From: Pseudomonas aeruginosa
GTDB lineage: Bacteria; Pseudomonadota; Gammaproteobacteria; Pseudomonadales; Pseudomonadaceae
Assembly (NCBI RefSeq): GCF_001457615.1
Contig: NZ_LN831024.1
Span: 2,400,001 to 2,432,000, forward strand
Direction of reading: 5' to 3'
DNA length: 32,000 nt
Positions 8,909 through 17,642 of the stretch are shown here, piece after piece. A program made the position numbers and the translations under genes. The notes under the pieces are model-generated. The model worked only from the letters and a program-made list of their open reading frames with translations. It did no database searches and was not told the origin of the DNA. The first letter of the stretch is position 1. Each line of letters begins with the position of its first letter.

Positions 8909-8947
8909 AGCGCCCCCTGAGCAGATACCCTCTGCCCGAGGGGCGCT
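8909..8947 (-). repeat. long two-part hairpin directly downstream of the symE-like ORF (possible terminator/structured 3' element)
   Basis: AGCGCCCC-ctga-GCAGA-taccc-TCTGC-ccga-GGGGCGCT: outer 8-bp and inner 5-bp perfect stems, ending 6 bp from the stop codon. Confidence 0.6.
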
Positions 8948-8952
8948 TGGCC

Positions 8953-9177
8953 TCAATCCTCAACTACGTGCATGACAAGGCGCCGCCTGGTGACCTGAAT
9001 GCTCACCTTGCAGCCAACCTCAAAGCCCGCAGCCTCCAGCCGGTCGCCACTCAAGCGCAGGTAGGGAATTTGCCGTGGCTTGCCACGACGTTCCCAATCG
9101 CTATGACGGCTTTCATAGAGCTGGTAGCCGATCGTTAGAAGTCGAGAGTTCGAAAGAGGGGATTTCTGGGTAGCCAT
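8953..9177 (-). CDS. symE: SymE-like toxin family protein (74 aa)
   Basis: LLTIGYQLYESRHSDWERRGKPRQIPYLRLSGDRLEAAGFEVGCKVSIQVTRRRLVMHV matches the SymE pattern (P-x-LxLSGxxLxxAGFxxGxxVxVxVxxxxLV); ACAGGA-type RBS upstream of ATG. Confidence 0.75.
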   Translation of the reverse strand: MATQKSPLSNSRLLTIGYQLYESRHSDWERRGKPRQIPYLRLSGDRLEAAGFEVGCKVSIQVTRRRLVMHVVED

Positions 9178-9196
9178 GATTTTTTCCTGTGTAGGT

Positions 9197-9223
9197 AAAA
9201 AACCGCTTGGCTTTCGGGAGCGG
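9197..9223 (-). terminator. weak intrinsic terminator-like hairpin between the four-gene operon and the symE-like ORF
   Basis: Minus strand reads CCGCT-CCCGAAAGCCA-AGCGG-TTTTTT. Confidence 0.45.
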
Positions 9224-9342
9224 CTAACCGCCTAGAGAAGGTGTGTTCAGCACCTGGCCGGCAGGGTAGCGAGGGGGCATCCAGGGGTCAAGCGATGGAC
9301 TGCCCGGATCGAATGCCTTACCGCGGCGCCAGCCGGCCCCCC

Positions 9343-10695
9343 TCACAACCCCCTCTGCCGCGCCACCCCCACCATCTCCCGCTGCTCCTCCTCGCCAATC
9401 TCCTTCAACGCCACTTCCCCCACCCCCAGCGCGCGTTCCACGCTGAGTTCGCCGCCCTGGGCGGCGAGCAGGGCCTGGAGGCGTTGGAATTCGCCGCACC
9501 AGAGGGTTTCGATGTCGCGGTCGCGCTGGTTGTCGCGGTTGGCGTTGAGGGCGACGGCGCGCAGTTGCAGGCGGCCGTTGTCGGCCTTGCCGCCGACTTC
9601 CAGGCCGTAGCCGGGGGTGGCGGGTTTGCGCAGGACGACCCTGCCGGTCTGCGCCCAGGCGGTGGCCATGCCTTCGCGGACTTCGTAGCCGAGGCTGGCG
9701 AGGCCCTGGAGCACGGCCTGGCGGCGGGCGAGGGCGGCCTGTTGCTGGAGGTGGGCGGTGAGGATGGCGTTGCATCGCTCGGTGAGTTCGGCGAGTTGCT
9801 GCGGATCGCTGTCGGGCTGGCAGGCGGCGGCGCGCTGGAGCAGTTCGGCGTGTTCGGCGGCGCCCAGGGCGGCGACTTCGCTGGCGAGGTCTTGCAGGTG
9901 TTCCAGGCGCTGGCGTTGCTGCTGGTGTTCGCGGGCGGCCTGGGCGAGGTCGAGGACCAGGCTGTCGAGCAGCAGGTTGCGGCGCTCCGGGCGCTGTTCG
10001 GCTTCGGCGCGTGCCAGTCGCTCGAGGAACGCTTGGGCGCTGGCCTCGCCTTGCAGCAGTTGCAGTTCGGCGATGTGCCGGTCGATGCGCGCCAGGCGCT
10101 GTTCGTGCGGGGCGTCCTGTTGCTGGCGGGCGCGCCACTGTTCCAGGGACATGGGCGTTTCGTCGGTCTTCAGGCGTTGGGCGAGTTCGCGCTGGGCTTC
10201 GCTGAGGCGTTCTTCGGCGGGGGCGCTGGCGAGGGCGGCGAAGCCCTGGGCGAGCAGGGCTTCCGCGTCGTCGCGGAGGACGCCGTCGGCCAGCGTATGC
10301 AGGGTTTGCCGGAGTGCCGCGCTGGCGGCATCGGGCCTGGCGTCGAGGGCCTGGAGCAGGGCGCTGGCGTTTTCCTGGAGGCGGCGGTGTTGCTGGCGCG
10401 TTTCCGCGGCCTGGCGGATGGCGCGCTCTTCGCGTTCGGCGAGGTCGCGCTTGAGGAATTCGCTTTCGATCTTCACCTGTAGTTGCACGTCCAGCCAGCG
10501 TTCCTGTTCGAGCAGGGCGTGCAGGCTGGCGCGGCGGGCGTGGGCGGCGGCGCGCTCGGCGTCGCTGAGCTGGGCGAGCCGGCTGGCCTGGTTTTCCCAG
10601 CGCGCGAGGGCCTTGTCCAGGCGTTGCAGGTCGCGCTCGCAGGTGGCGATGGCTTCTTCCCGGGTGACGATTCGTACGACTTTCGGTCCGCTCAT
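9343..10695 (-). CDS. coiled-coil protein (MSGPKVVRIVTREEAIATCERDLQRL...), last gene of the four-gene operon
   Basis: Start reset from 12981 to ATG 10695; the ATG overlaps the stop of the upstream gene by 4 bp (ATGA, 10692-10695). Rich in heptad-like A/L/E/Q/R. Confidence 0.85.
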   Translation of the reverse strand: MSGPKVVRIVTREEAIATCERDLQRLDKALARWENQASRLAQLSDAERAAAHARRASLHALLEQERWLDVQLQVKIESEFLKRDLAEREERAIRQAAETRQQHRRLQENASALLQALDARPDAASAALRQTLHTLADGVLRDDAEALLAQGFAALASAPAEERLSEAQRELAQRLKTDETPMSLEQWRARQQQDAPHEQRLARIDRHIAELQLLQGEASAQAFLERLARAEAEQRPERRNLLLDSLVLDLAQAAREHQQQRQRLEHLQDLASEVAALGAAEHAELLQRAAACQPDSDPQQLAELTERCNAILTAHLQQQAALARRQAVLQGLASLGYEVREGMATAWAQTGRVVLRKPATPGYGLEVGGKADNGRLQLRAVALNANRDNQRDRDIETLWCGEFQRLQALLAAQGGELSVERALGVGEVALKEIGEEEQREMVGVARQRGL

Positions 10696-13600
10696 TGGGA
10701 GGCCTCCGCTGCTGCCGTGGGATGGGTTTCCGTGCTGGGCGCCAGGGCTTTCTCGATGGCGGCGCGCAGCCGTGCGCGTTCGTTGTCGCCGTCGTGGTAC
10801 CAGCCCTGGGAGGAAACCCGGTGGAGGTGCGGGATCGCCCGTCGCAGCACCGAGGGGCGCCAGATTTCCCGGGCGCGGGCGCGTTCCAGCAGCGGGTGGC
10901 AGGGGGCGTCGCATTCGATGCCGATGGCGTAGAGGCCGGTGGCCGGGTTCTCGATGGCGAAGTCGAGGCCGAAGGCGTCGCCTTCGCTGGCGGGCGCGGC
11001 GGACCAGCCCAGCGAGCGGATATACTCGCCGACGATCTCGCTGAAGCCGTCGTGCCGCTGGTAGTGCTGGCGGCGCTGGTCGCTGCGGTCGGTTTGCAGG
11101 CGCTCGAGCAGCTGGCCGGTGCCGGCGAATTCGCCGGCGGACAGTGCGCGGGCGTATTCCAGGTAGCCTTGCAGGTAGTCGCGCGGGCTGCTCGGCGAGC
11201 GCTGGGTGCCGAGCATGTCGGAGATGTCGCCGATCGGCATCGAGGTGATCATCACCACCTTGCGCCGCGCGCGGGTCACCGCCACGTTGAGGCGGCGCTC
11301 GCCGCCGGTCTGCCCGAGCACGCCGAAGTTGCGCCGGAAGCTGCCCTGGCCGTTGCGGCCGAAGGTGGAGGAGAAGACGATCACGTCGCGCTCGTCGCCC
11401 TGCACGTTCTCCACGTTCTTCACGAACACGCCCATGTCCTCGCCGTCTTCGCTGCGCTCGCGCTCCTCGCTGTAGGCGGCGCGGAACGTCTCGTCCTGCT
11501 CGGCGCGCAGTTCCAGGCGCTCCTCGATGAGGTCGGCCTGCTTGCGGTTGAAGGTGACCACGCCCACCGACGGCCGCGCCGCGTAGGGTTGGCGCCAGAG
11601 TTCGGCGAGGTAGTCGACGACTCGCTCGGCCTCGCGCTCGTTGCTCTGGTTCTGGTACAGGCCGTTCACCTGGATCAGTTCCAGCGGCTTGATGCGCAGG
11701 ATGTTGGCCTGCGGATGGCGTACCGGCACGCTCAGGCGGTTGCCGTAGAACGAGGCGTTGGAGAAGCCGATCAGCTCGCGGTAGGCCGAGCGGTAGTGGA
11801 TCTGCAGGGTGGTGCTGGGCAGGGCGTTGCGCGCCAGTTGCAGGAGGTCCGGGCAGTCCTTGATCTCGCGGCGGTTCCAGGTGTCCTCGTAGGCTTCGCG
11901 CTGCTCCTCGTCGGCGTCCTCGTCGGGCGCTTCGCCGTCGAACAGTTCGGCCTCGTCGCTTTCCACGCGGCTGGAGAAGAACGCGGTCGGCGGCATCTGC
12001 TTCTCGTCGCCGCTGACCACCGTGACCCGCCCGCGATAGAGGGTCGGCAGGGCGAACTCCACCGGCATCTGCGAGGCTTCGTCGTAGATCACCATGTCGA
12101 ACAGCCCGGCCTTGAGCGGCAGCACGCGGCTGGCCAGGTCGGGGTTCATCAGCCAGACCGGGCGCAGGCTCATCAGGCCGAGTTCGGCGCCCAGCTCGAT
12201 GAACTCGCGCAGGCGCCGCGAGCGCTTGCCGGTCAGGCGGGTGACGTCTTCCCATTGCTTGCGGCTGCCCAGGCGCGCGGCGTCGATGCCCTTGCCGAGC
12301 AGTTCGCGGTTCAGCGCGCGCATCTGCACATCGGCTTCGGCGAGGCTGGCGACCCTGGCCCTGGCTTCGTCCTGGCTGAACAGCAGTTCCGGATTGTCTT
12401 GTTCCAGGCGCTGCTTCCAGCCCAGCCGCGCTTCGCGGTTGAGCATGCGGCGCACCGTGGCTTCGAGTGCTTCGGCGGGAATCGCGTCGAGTCGTTCCTG
12501 GCGCTGGCGCAGCAGGGCCAGGAATTCCAGGTCGGTGGCTTCGAGCTGGCCGGCGCGGCCACGGAAGCGCTGGTAGGCGACCAGTTGCGGTAGCGCCTCG
12601 CGCAGGCGGCCGAGGGCCAGCAGGTTGCTCTGGTTGCCGGCGATGGCGCGGTGCAGCTGTTCCAGCAGTTCGTCGCCGAGCCAGTCGGCGAGCACCTTCA
12701 GTTTGTCCAGGCTGAGCTGGCGTGCGGCCTGGCGGATCAGCGCGGCGTCGAGGTCGCCGAGCAGCGCTTCGAAGCGCTGTTTCTCGCCGGTGAGGATCAC
12801 CGCGTCGAGCTGCTCGGCGCGCGGCGCTTGGGCCAGGCCACGAGCCAGGGTCTGGATCTCGCGCAGTTGCTGGCTGGCGTGGCCGGCCAGGCCGGTCAGT
12901 TCCGGACCGGCATCGGTGGCGACTGTCGCCAGCCCCAGGCTCTGTTGCAGCGCCGCCAGTTGCCGGCGCAGCGGCTGCCACTGGCGCTCCAGGTCGCAGG
13001 CGCCGAGGAGGGCGGCCAGGCGGCTGTCGTCGTCGGCCTCGCCGTGCTCGCGCAGGAAGCGCCGCAGGCGGCCGCGCCGCAGCAGGCGCAGCGGGTTGAG
13101 CCGGGCCAGCCAGGTGCGTGCCTCGAGCACCTGGCGGGCGTGGGCCTGGAAGCGTTCGAGGTTGTTCTCTTCGAGCATGGCGAGGGCCGGCGACAGCAGC
13201 GGCGCATGCCGTTCGAGGTCGAGCTGGCGCAGTTGCCGTTCGATCTGCTCGGCCTCCGCCAGCAGGCCGTCGCCACGGCTCGGCTGTCCTGGCGCGGCGT
13301 CGCGGAACAGCGGCAACCAGTGGGCCAGGCGCTGGCGTTGCTCCTCGCGCAAATGCAGCAGGGTACCGACCTGGCTTGCCAGCCAGGCGCGGTAGGGCGT
13401 CGGGTCGTCGACCTCGAAGCTCGCCGGGTGTTCGTCGAGGGCTTTCTGCCGGGCGTTCTCCGCTTCGCCGAAGGCGCGCAGGCTGTCGGCGAAGGCGTGC
13501 AGGGTGGCCTGGTCGGTGGCGAAGGCGCGCAGTTGCGCCAGCGGGCTGCCTTCGTAGCGGGCCGGTAGCCAGAGGCGGACCAGCGGCGCGCAGTTTTCCT

Positions 13601-16600
13601 CCAGGCGCGCCAGGCTGCCGATGTCCAGCGCCGCCAGGCGCTGGCGCAGGGCCGGGAAGTCCAGCGGCGGCGAGCCTTTCTCCAGCTCGATCAGTTCGCC
13701 GAGCAGACGCCGGTAGCTCAGCCCGGTGGCCTCGTCCACGCGGTGCAGGCTCTGGTGGTAGCGGTCCAGTTCGCCTTCCAGCGCCTCAATACGCGCCGCC
13801 AGGCGCTCGCGCTGGCGCTCCCAGCCCTGGGCGCCGCCGGCGTCGGCGAACAGCGCTTCGAGTTGCTCGCGGATGTTGCGGATCACCGGTTCGCGGTCGC
13901 GGTTGACGTCGTTGAGCATGACGATGCGCTGGCCCAGGCCCTCGGCCACCAGGCGCTTGTGCACCACTTCCAGGGCGGCGTGCTTCTGGCAGACGATCAG
14001 CAGGCTGCGCTGGCGGCCGATGGCGTCGGCGACCATGTTGACGATGGTCTGGCTCTTGCCGGTGCCGGGCGGGCCCTCCACCAGCAGCCCCGGGCTCTGC
14101 CGGGCCTGCAGCACGGCGGCCTCCTGGGACGGGTCGCTGGCCACGGTGAAGTAGCGCTGCAACTCCGGCGGGCTCTCGCGGGCTTCCGGCTCGCCGTTCT
14201 CGCGCAGGCGCAGCGCGGTCTCCAGGCCGGTGCCGGAGGGCGGCAGGCTCTTCAGCTGGCGCAGGTCCTCGCCGATCGCCTGGCCCATGAAGGTGACGTG
14301 GAACAGCACCGCGGCGCAGGCCAGTTGGTCCTGGTAGGGCGTGACCTCGGTGGAACTCGGTGGCAATCCTTCCAGCACCCTAGCACGCGGCGTGGCGAGC
14401 AGGCCGAAGGCATCCATCACATCGGCGGCGCGCAGCGCGGAGCGGCCGAGCAATTCGTCGGCGACCTTGCGCCAGCGCTTGCACGGCTCGGGGCCGAGCA
14501 GGCTTTCCAGGGCCGGGTTGAGGCGCACTTCCTCGCGCTCGCCGTCGAAGGCCAGCGCCACCTGGCCGCGGCTGCCGACTTCCAGTTGCAGCTTCAGCGG
14601 CCACAGCAGCAGCGGCACGATGCGCGTGCGGGTGGTGCCGCGCGGGTCGCGGTTGAGCAGGAAGGGGAAGCCCAGGTAGAGGCCGTCGATGCCGGTGTCA
14701 CGCTTGTACAGCGAGCTTTGCCGGGACAGCGCGTTGAGCCGCACTTCCAGTTGCGGGTTGGCGAGGAAGCTGTCCGGGTCGAGGCTCACCGCGCGGGCGT
14801 TGCGTTGCAGCAGATGGTCGAGCAGGGCGGCGGCGGGGCGTCGCGCGCTATCCAGTTCGTTGAGGTCGATGCGTGGAGTGCTCTTGCCGATGCTCATGCG
14901 CACCAGCGGCCCGCGCATCACCGCGGCGACCACTTTCTTCTCGAAGAAATCGAGGATCTGCGACACGTACTGCTGCTTCTGCGGTTCCAGCCACTGTTCC
15001 GGCGGGATCGCCAGCAGCACCAGGACCCTCGCCAACGGCATGCGCCGCTCCAGGCGGAACTGCTCGGCCCATTCGTCGACCCTGGGCACGCCGCTGCGGG
15101 CGAAGCCGCTGATGCGTTCGTCGACGCGGCGGTACAGCTCCTGCCGCGAGTGCTGCAACAGGCCGCGCGCGGTCTCCGCGTCGAACAGGTGCACATCGGC
15201 GTCGCGGGCCAGGCCGGCGGCTTCCTCGACGATCGCCTCGGCGGCACGGAACTGGCCGATGTTGGCGCTGAGCAGGACGATCAGGTCTTCCTCGGCGATC
15301 ACCCGGCGCTCGGCCAGGGCCAGCAGGCCGGGGTGCTCGGTGTCCGGCAGGAGGCGCTGGCGCTCCTGCCACTGCGCGGCGAGGCGCGCCCGCGAGGTTG
15401 ACAGCAGGTAGATGCGCAACTGTTCTTCGGCAAGTTCGATGTGCTGGTGCAGGGCGCGCTGGCGGACGTTCTCGGCGCGGGTCTTGAGCCGCGACAGCCA
15501 GCTTTCGGTGTGCAACTGTTCGAGCAGGTCGGGCACCGAGCCGCTGATCAGCCGGTAGCCCTCCAGCGGATGCTCCAGCAGCCAGCCGGGGGTGACGATC
15601 TCGCCGCGCTGGATCAGCGGGATTTCCGGGTTCAGCAGCTTGAGCGCCAGCATCAGCCGGAAGTCGTCCTCCAGCCCCTCGTGCTGGGCCACCTGGCGCA
15701 GGCCGGCGAGCAGCCTGGGCGACAGGCCGATGTGCTCGGCCCAGGTGACGATCGCCCCGCGCAGCAGGTGGTCGAGGGCCTCCGCCCAGTGCTCGGCCTG
15801 GGCCGCGGCCAGGGCGAAGACCGTCGGCTTGCGGAAGCGCCGTGCGCCGAGGGCGATGCTGGCGCCTTCGGCGTCGTCCTTTTCGCTGTCCGCCGAGGCC
15901 GGCGCGTCCACCGCCTCGCCGTTCAGCCAGGCCTGTACCTGCGGCCACTGCCAGCGCTGGTGGCGGTCGCGTGCAAGCAGGCCGCGCAGCAGCAGGTGCA
16001 ACTGCGGGTCGAGGTCGTCGGGCAGCGCCACGCCGTTGGCCAGCACGTGGATCAGGAAGGCGTTGGCGTTGACTCCTTCGAAGCAGGCGCCGCGGGTCAA
16101 CTGCTCCAGCAGGATCATGCCCAGGCTCCACCAGTCGGAAGCCGCCGCCACGCCGCCGGCGATCGCCTCGGGGGCCATGTAGCGGCTGGTCTCCAGCGGC
16201 GAGACGATATCCAGGTCGAACTCCGACAGGCGTGCCGAGCCGAAGCCGCTGATCACCAGGTCCAGCGGCTCGTGGCTGCGCACCAGCAGGCTGGCCGGGC
16301 GCAGGTCGCGGTGGCGCAGGCCGGCTTCGTTGAACACGTGCAGGGCGTGGCCCAGCTCGCGGACCACGTGGCGCACCGCCTCGCGGTCCTCCAGCACGGT
16401 GCCGAGGTCGGCGAGGCTGCCGCCGGTGAGCTCCTCGACCACTTCGTAGGCGCGCTCGTCCCAGCGGCCGGTGGCGAGGATTTCCGGTACGTGTTCGCGC
16501 GGCAGGCGGCGGATCACGTCGTAGATCGCCGGGTCCGGCTCGGCGCCCGGGCGATACAGGGTGAGCACCGCCTGGCGGGCGCTTTCCGCGTGTTCGGCCA

Positions 16601-16988
16601 GGTAGCGCTCGCGCACGCCGTCGCTGCTGGCGATCTGCCGCAGCAGACGCCAGCCGTCGATCAGGGTTTCCGTGACGGCGGGCTGCGGCGTGGCCTCGGC
16701 CTGCATCGGCAGCGGGCCTTCGGCCGGCGCGGCGCCGCACTCCAGGCACATCAGGTCGCCGGGTTGCAGCGGGTGGCCGTTGGCGCAGAGCGGGGCGGAC
16801 GCCGCTGGCGGCTCGCTGGCGGGCGGCGCGATGGCTTCCTGGGTCAGCACCGGCTGTGGTCGCCAGCCGGCGGGATGGATGGCTTCGGCGGAAAGGTCCC
16901 AGCCGCAGGGCTGGCCCTGGATCGAGCCTTCGCAGAAGATTTCCGAAAGCGAGCGTTCGCTCTGGCAGTTGGGGCAGAAACGTATCAT
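10692..16988 (-). CDS. giant multidomain protein: zinc ribbons, kinase-like domain, SF1 DNA/RNA helicase, C-terminal Vsr/MTES_1575-like nuclease
   Basis: CPNCQ... and CANGH...CLEC zinc fingers; HRDLRPASLLV...SGFGSARLSE...RYMAPEAI (kinase-like); LLVEGPPGTGKSQT (Walker A); FDMVIYDEASQMPVE (Walker B); VARTR-type C-terminal helicase segment VTRARRKVVMIT; IGIECDAPCHPLLERARAREIWR...QGWYHD (nuclease). Confidence 0.9.
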   Translation of the reverse strand: MIRFCPNCQSERSLSEIFCEGSIQGQPCGWDLSAEAIHPAGWRPQPVLTQEAIAPPASEPPAASAPLCANGHPLQPGDLMCLECGAAPAEGPLPMQAEATPQPAVTETLIDGWRLLRQIASSDGVRERYLAEHAESARQAVLTLYRPGAEPDPAIYDVIRRLPREHVPEILATGRWDERAYEVVEELTGGSLADLGTVLEDREAVRHVVRELGHALHVFNEAGLRHRDLRPASLLVRSHEPLDLVISGFGSARLSEFDLDIVSPLETSRYMAPEAIAGGVAAASDWWSLGMILLEQLTRGACFEGVNANAFLIHVLANGVALPDDLDPQLHLLLRGLLARDRHQRWQWPQVQAWLNGEAVDAPASADSEKDDAEGASIALGARRFRKPTVFALAAAQAEHWAEALDHLLRGAIVTWAEHIGLSPRLLAGLRQVAQHEGLEDDFRLMLALKLLNPEIPLIQRGEIVTPGWLLEHPLEGYRLISGSVPDLLEQLHTESWLSRLKTRAENVRQRALHQHIELAEEQLRIYLLSTSRARLAAQWQERQRLLPDTEHPGLLALAERRVIAEEDLIVLLSANIGQFRAAEAIVEEAAGLARDADVHLFDAETARGLLQHSRQELYRRVDERISGFARSGVPRVDEWAEQFRLERRMPLARVLVLLAIPPEQWLEPQKQQYVSQILDFFEKKVVAAVMRGPLVRMSIGKSTPRIDLNELDSARRPAAALLDHLLQRNARAVSLDPDSFLANPQLEVRLNALSRQSSLYKRDTGIDGLYLGFPFLLNRDPRGTTRTRIVPLLLWPLKLQLEVGSRGQVALAFDGEREEVRLNPALESLLGPEPCKRWRKVADELLGRSALRAADVMDAFGLLATPRARVLEGLPPSSTEVTPYQDQLACAAVLFHVTFMGQAIGEDLRQLKSLPPSGTGLETALRLRENGEPEARESPPELQRYFTVASDPSQEAAVLQARQSPGLLVEGPPGTGKSQTIVNMVADAIGRQRSLLIVCQKHAALEVVHKRLVAEGLGQRIVMLNDVNRDREPVIRNIREQLEALFADAGGAQGWERQRERLAARIEALEGELDRYHQSLHRVDEATGLSYRRLLGELIELEKGSPPLDFPALRQRLAALDIGSLARLEENCAPLVRLWLPARYEGSPLAQLRAFATDQATLHAFADSLRAFGEAENARQKALDEHPASFEVDDPTPYRAWLASQVGTLLHLREEQRQRLAHWLPLFRDAAPGQPSRGDGLLAEAEQIERQLRQLDLERHAPLLSPALAMLEENNLERFQAHARQVLEARTWLARLNPLRLLRRGRLRRFLREHGEADDDSRLAALLGACDLERQWQPLRRQLAALQQSLGLATVATDAGPELTGLAGHASQQLREIQTLARGLAQAPRAEQLDAVILTGEKQRFEALLGDLDAALIRQAARQLSLDKLKVLADWLGDELLEQLHRAIAGNQSNLLALGRLREALPQLVAYQRFRGRAGQLEATDLEFLALLRQRQERLDAIPAEALEATVRRMLNREARLGWKQRLEQDNPELLFSQDEARARVASLAEADVQMRALNRELLGKGIDAARLGSRKQWEDVTRLTGKRSRRLREFIELGAELGLMSLRPVWLMNPDLASRVLPLKAGLFDMVIYDEASQMPVEFALPTLYRGRVTVVSGDEKQMPPTAFFSSRVESDEAELFDGEAPDEDADEEQREAYEDTWNRREIKDCPDLLQLARNALPSTTLQIHYRSAYRELIGFSNASFYGNRLSVPVRHPQANILRIKPLELIQVNGLYQNQSNEREAERVVDYLAELWRQPYAARPSVGVVTFNRKQADLIEERLELRAEQDETFRAAYSEERERSEDGEDMGVFVKNVENVQGDERDVIVFSSTFGRNGQGSFRRNFGVLGQTGGERRLNVAVTRARRKVVMITSMPIGDISDMLGTQRSPSSPRDYLQGYLEYARALSAGEFAGTGQLLERLQTDRSDQRRQHYQRHDGFSEIVGEYIRSLGWSAAPASEGDAFGLDFAIENPATGLYAIGIECDAPCHPLLERARAREIWRPSVLRRAIPHLHRVSSQGWYHDGDNERARLRAAIEKALAPSTETHPTAAAEASQ

Positions 16989-17002
16989 CGGTATCGATCC
17001 AT

Positions 17003-17641
17003 TCAGCGCGGCCGATGGGCGCTGACGCTAAGTTGGTGGCCCTGTTCGCGCAGCAGGTCCTGTAACCGCAGCAGGTCGTCGCGGCGCGGGATGCCGGCCA
17101 TCCACACGCTGCCGTCATGGTCGAACATCAGGTCGAGGGCCTTGTCGTCTTCGCGCAGTGGCCGCTGGTAGCCGCCGAGGCGCGCGCGGCCGAGTTCGGT
17201 GAGCAGGCTCAGGCGCTGGTTGTCGCTGCCGCGCAGGGCCAGGCTCTGTTCGGCGTGCTGTTGGTAGGGGTCGCTGATCAGCGCGTCGATCAGCCCGGCG
17301 GCCTGTTCCAGTTGCGCGTGCAAATGCTCCAGCGGGTAGCCGCTGTAGACCAGGATGTCGGCGCGGCTGCGCTGGCGCAGTTCGCCGAGCAGGGCGAGGA
17401 GGGCAGCGAACTGCTCGAAGGGCTCGCCGCCGGAGACGGTGATGCCCTCGGCCTGCTCCAGCCATGGCTGGATGTCGGCGAGCAGGCGTGCCAGGGCGAT
17501 GCGCCGCCGTCCCGGCCCCCAGGTATCGGCGGAGATGCAGCCGGGGCAGCGGATGCTACAGCCCTGGAACCAGATGCCCAGGCGCCGTCCCGGGCCCAGG
17601 GTGGTCACCGGGAAATGCACCCGCGACAGGCTCAGTTCCAT
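17003..17641 (-). CDS. 4Fe-4S single-cluster / radical SAM activating-enzyme-like protein
   Basis: WFQGCSIRCPGCISADTWG (CxxxCxxC) and ITVSGGEPFEQ; 212 aa, NrdG/PflA-like size. Confidence 0.9.
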   Translation of the reverse strand: MELSLSRVHFPVTTLGPGRRLGIWFQGCSIRCPGCISADTWGPGRRRIALARLLADIQPWLEQAEGITVSGGEPFEQFAALLALLGELRQRSRADILVYSGYPLEHLHAQLEQAAGLIDALISDPYQQHAEQSLALRGSDNQRLSLLTELGRARLGGYQRPLREDDKALDLMFDHDGSVWMAGIPRRDDLLRLQDLLREQGHQLSVSAHRPR

Positions 17642-17642
17642 C

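Noticed and set aside
8821-9138. 105-aa plus-strand ORF antisense to the SymE-like gene
   Set aside because: The opposite strand has a family match and an RBS; this is a shadow ORF, though an antisense RNA here is still possible.
10696-12981. N-terminal 760 aa of the supplied minus-strand ORF 9343..12981
   Set aside because: Pro/Arg/Ala-rich shadow frame overlapping the well-supported giant helicase gene; the real start is ATG 10695.
14848-17118. 756-aa minus-strand ORF, and the many plus-strand ORFs across 9241-17171
   Set aside because: Composition (R/P/A/G or S/C-rich) and complete overlap with domain-bearing genes mark them as high-GC shadow ORFs.
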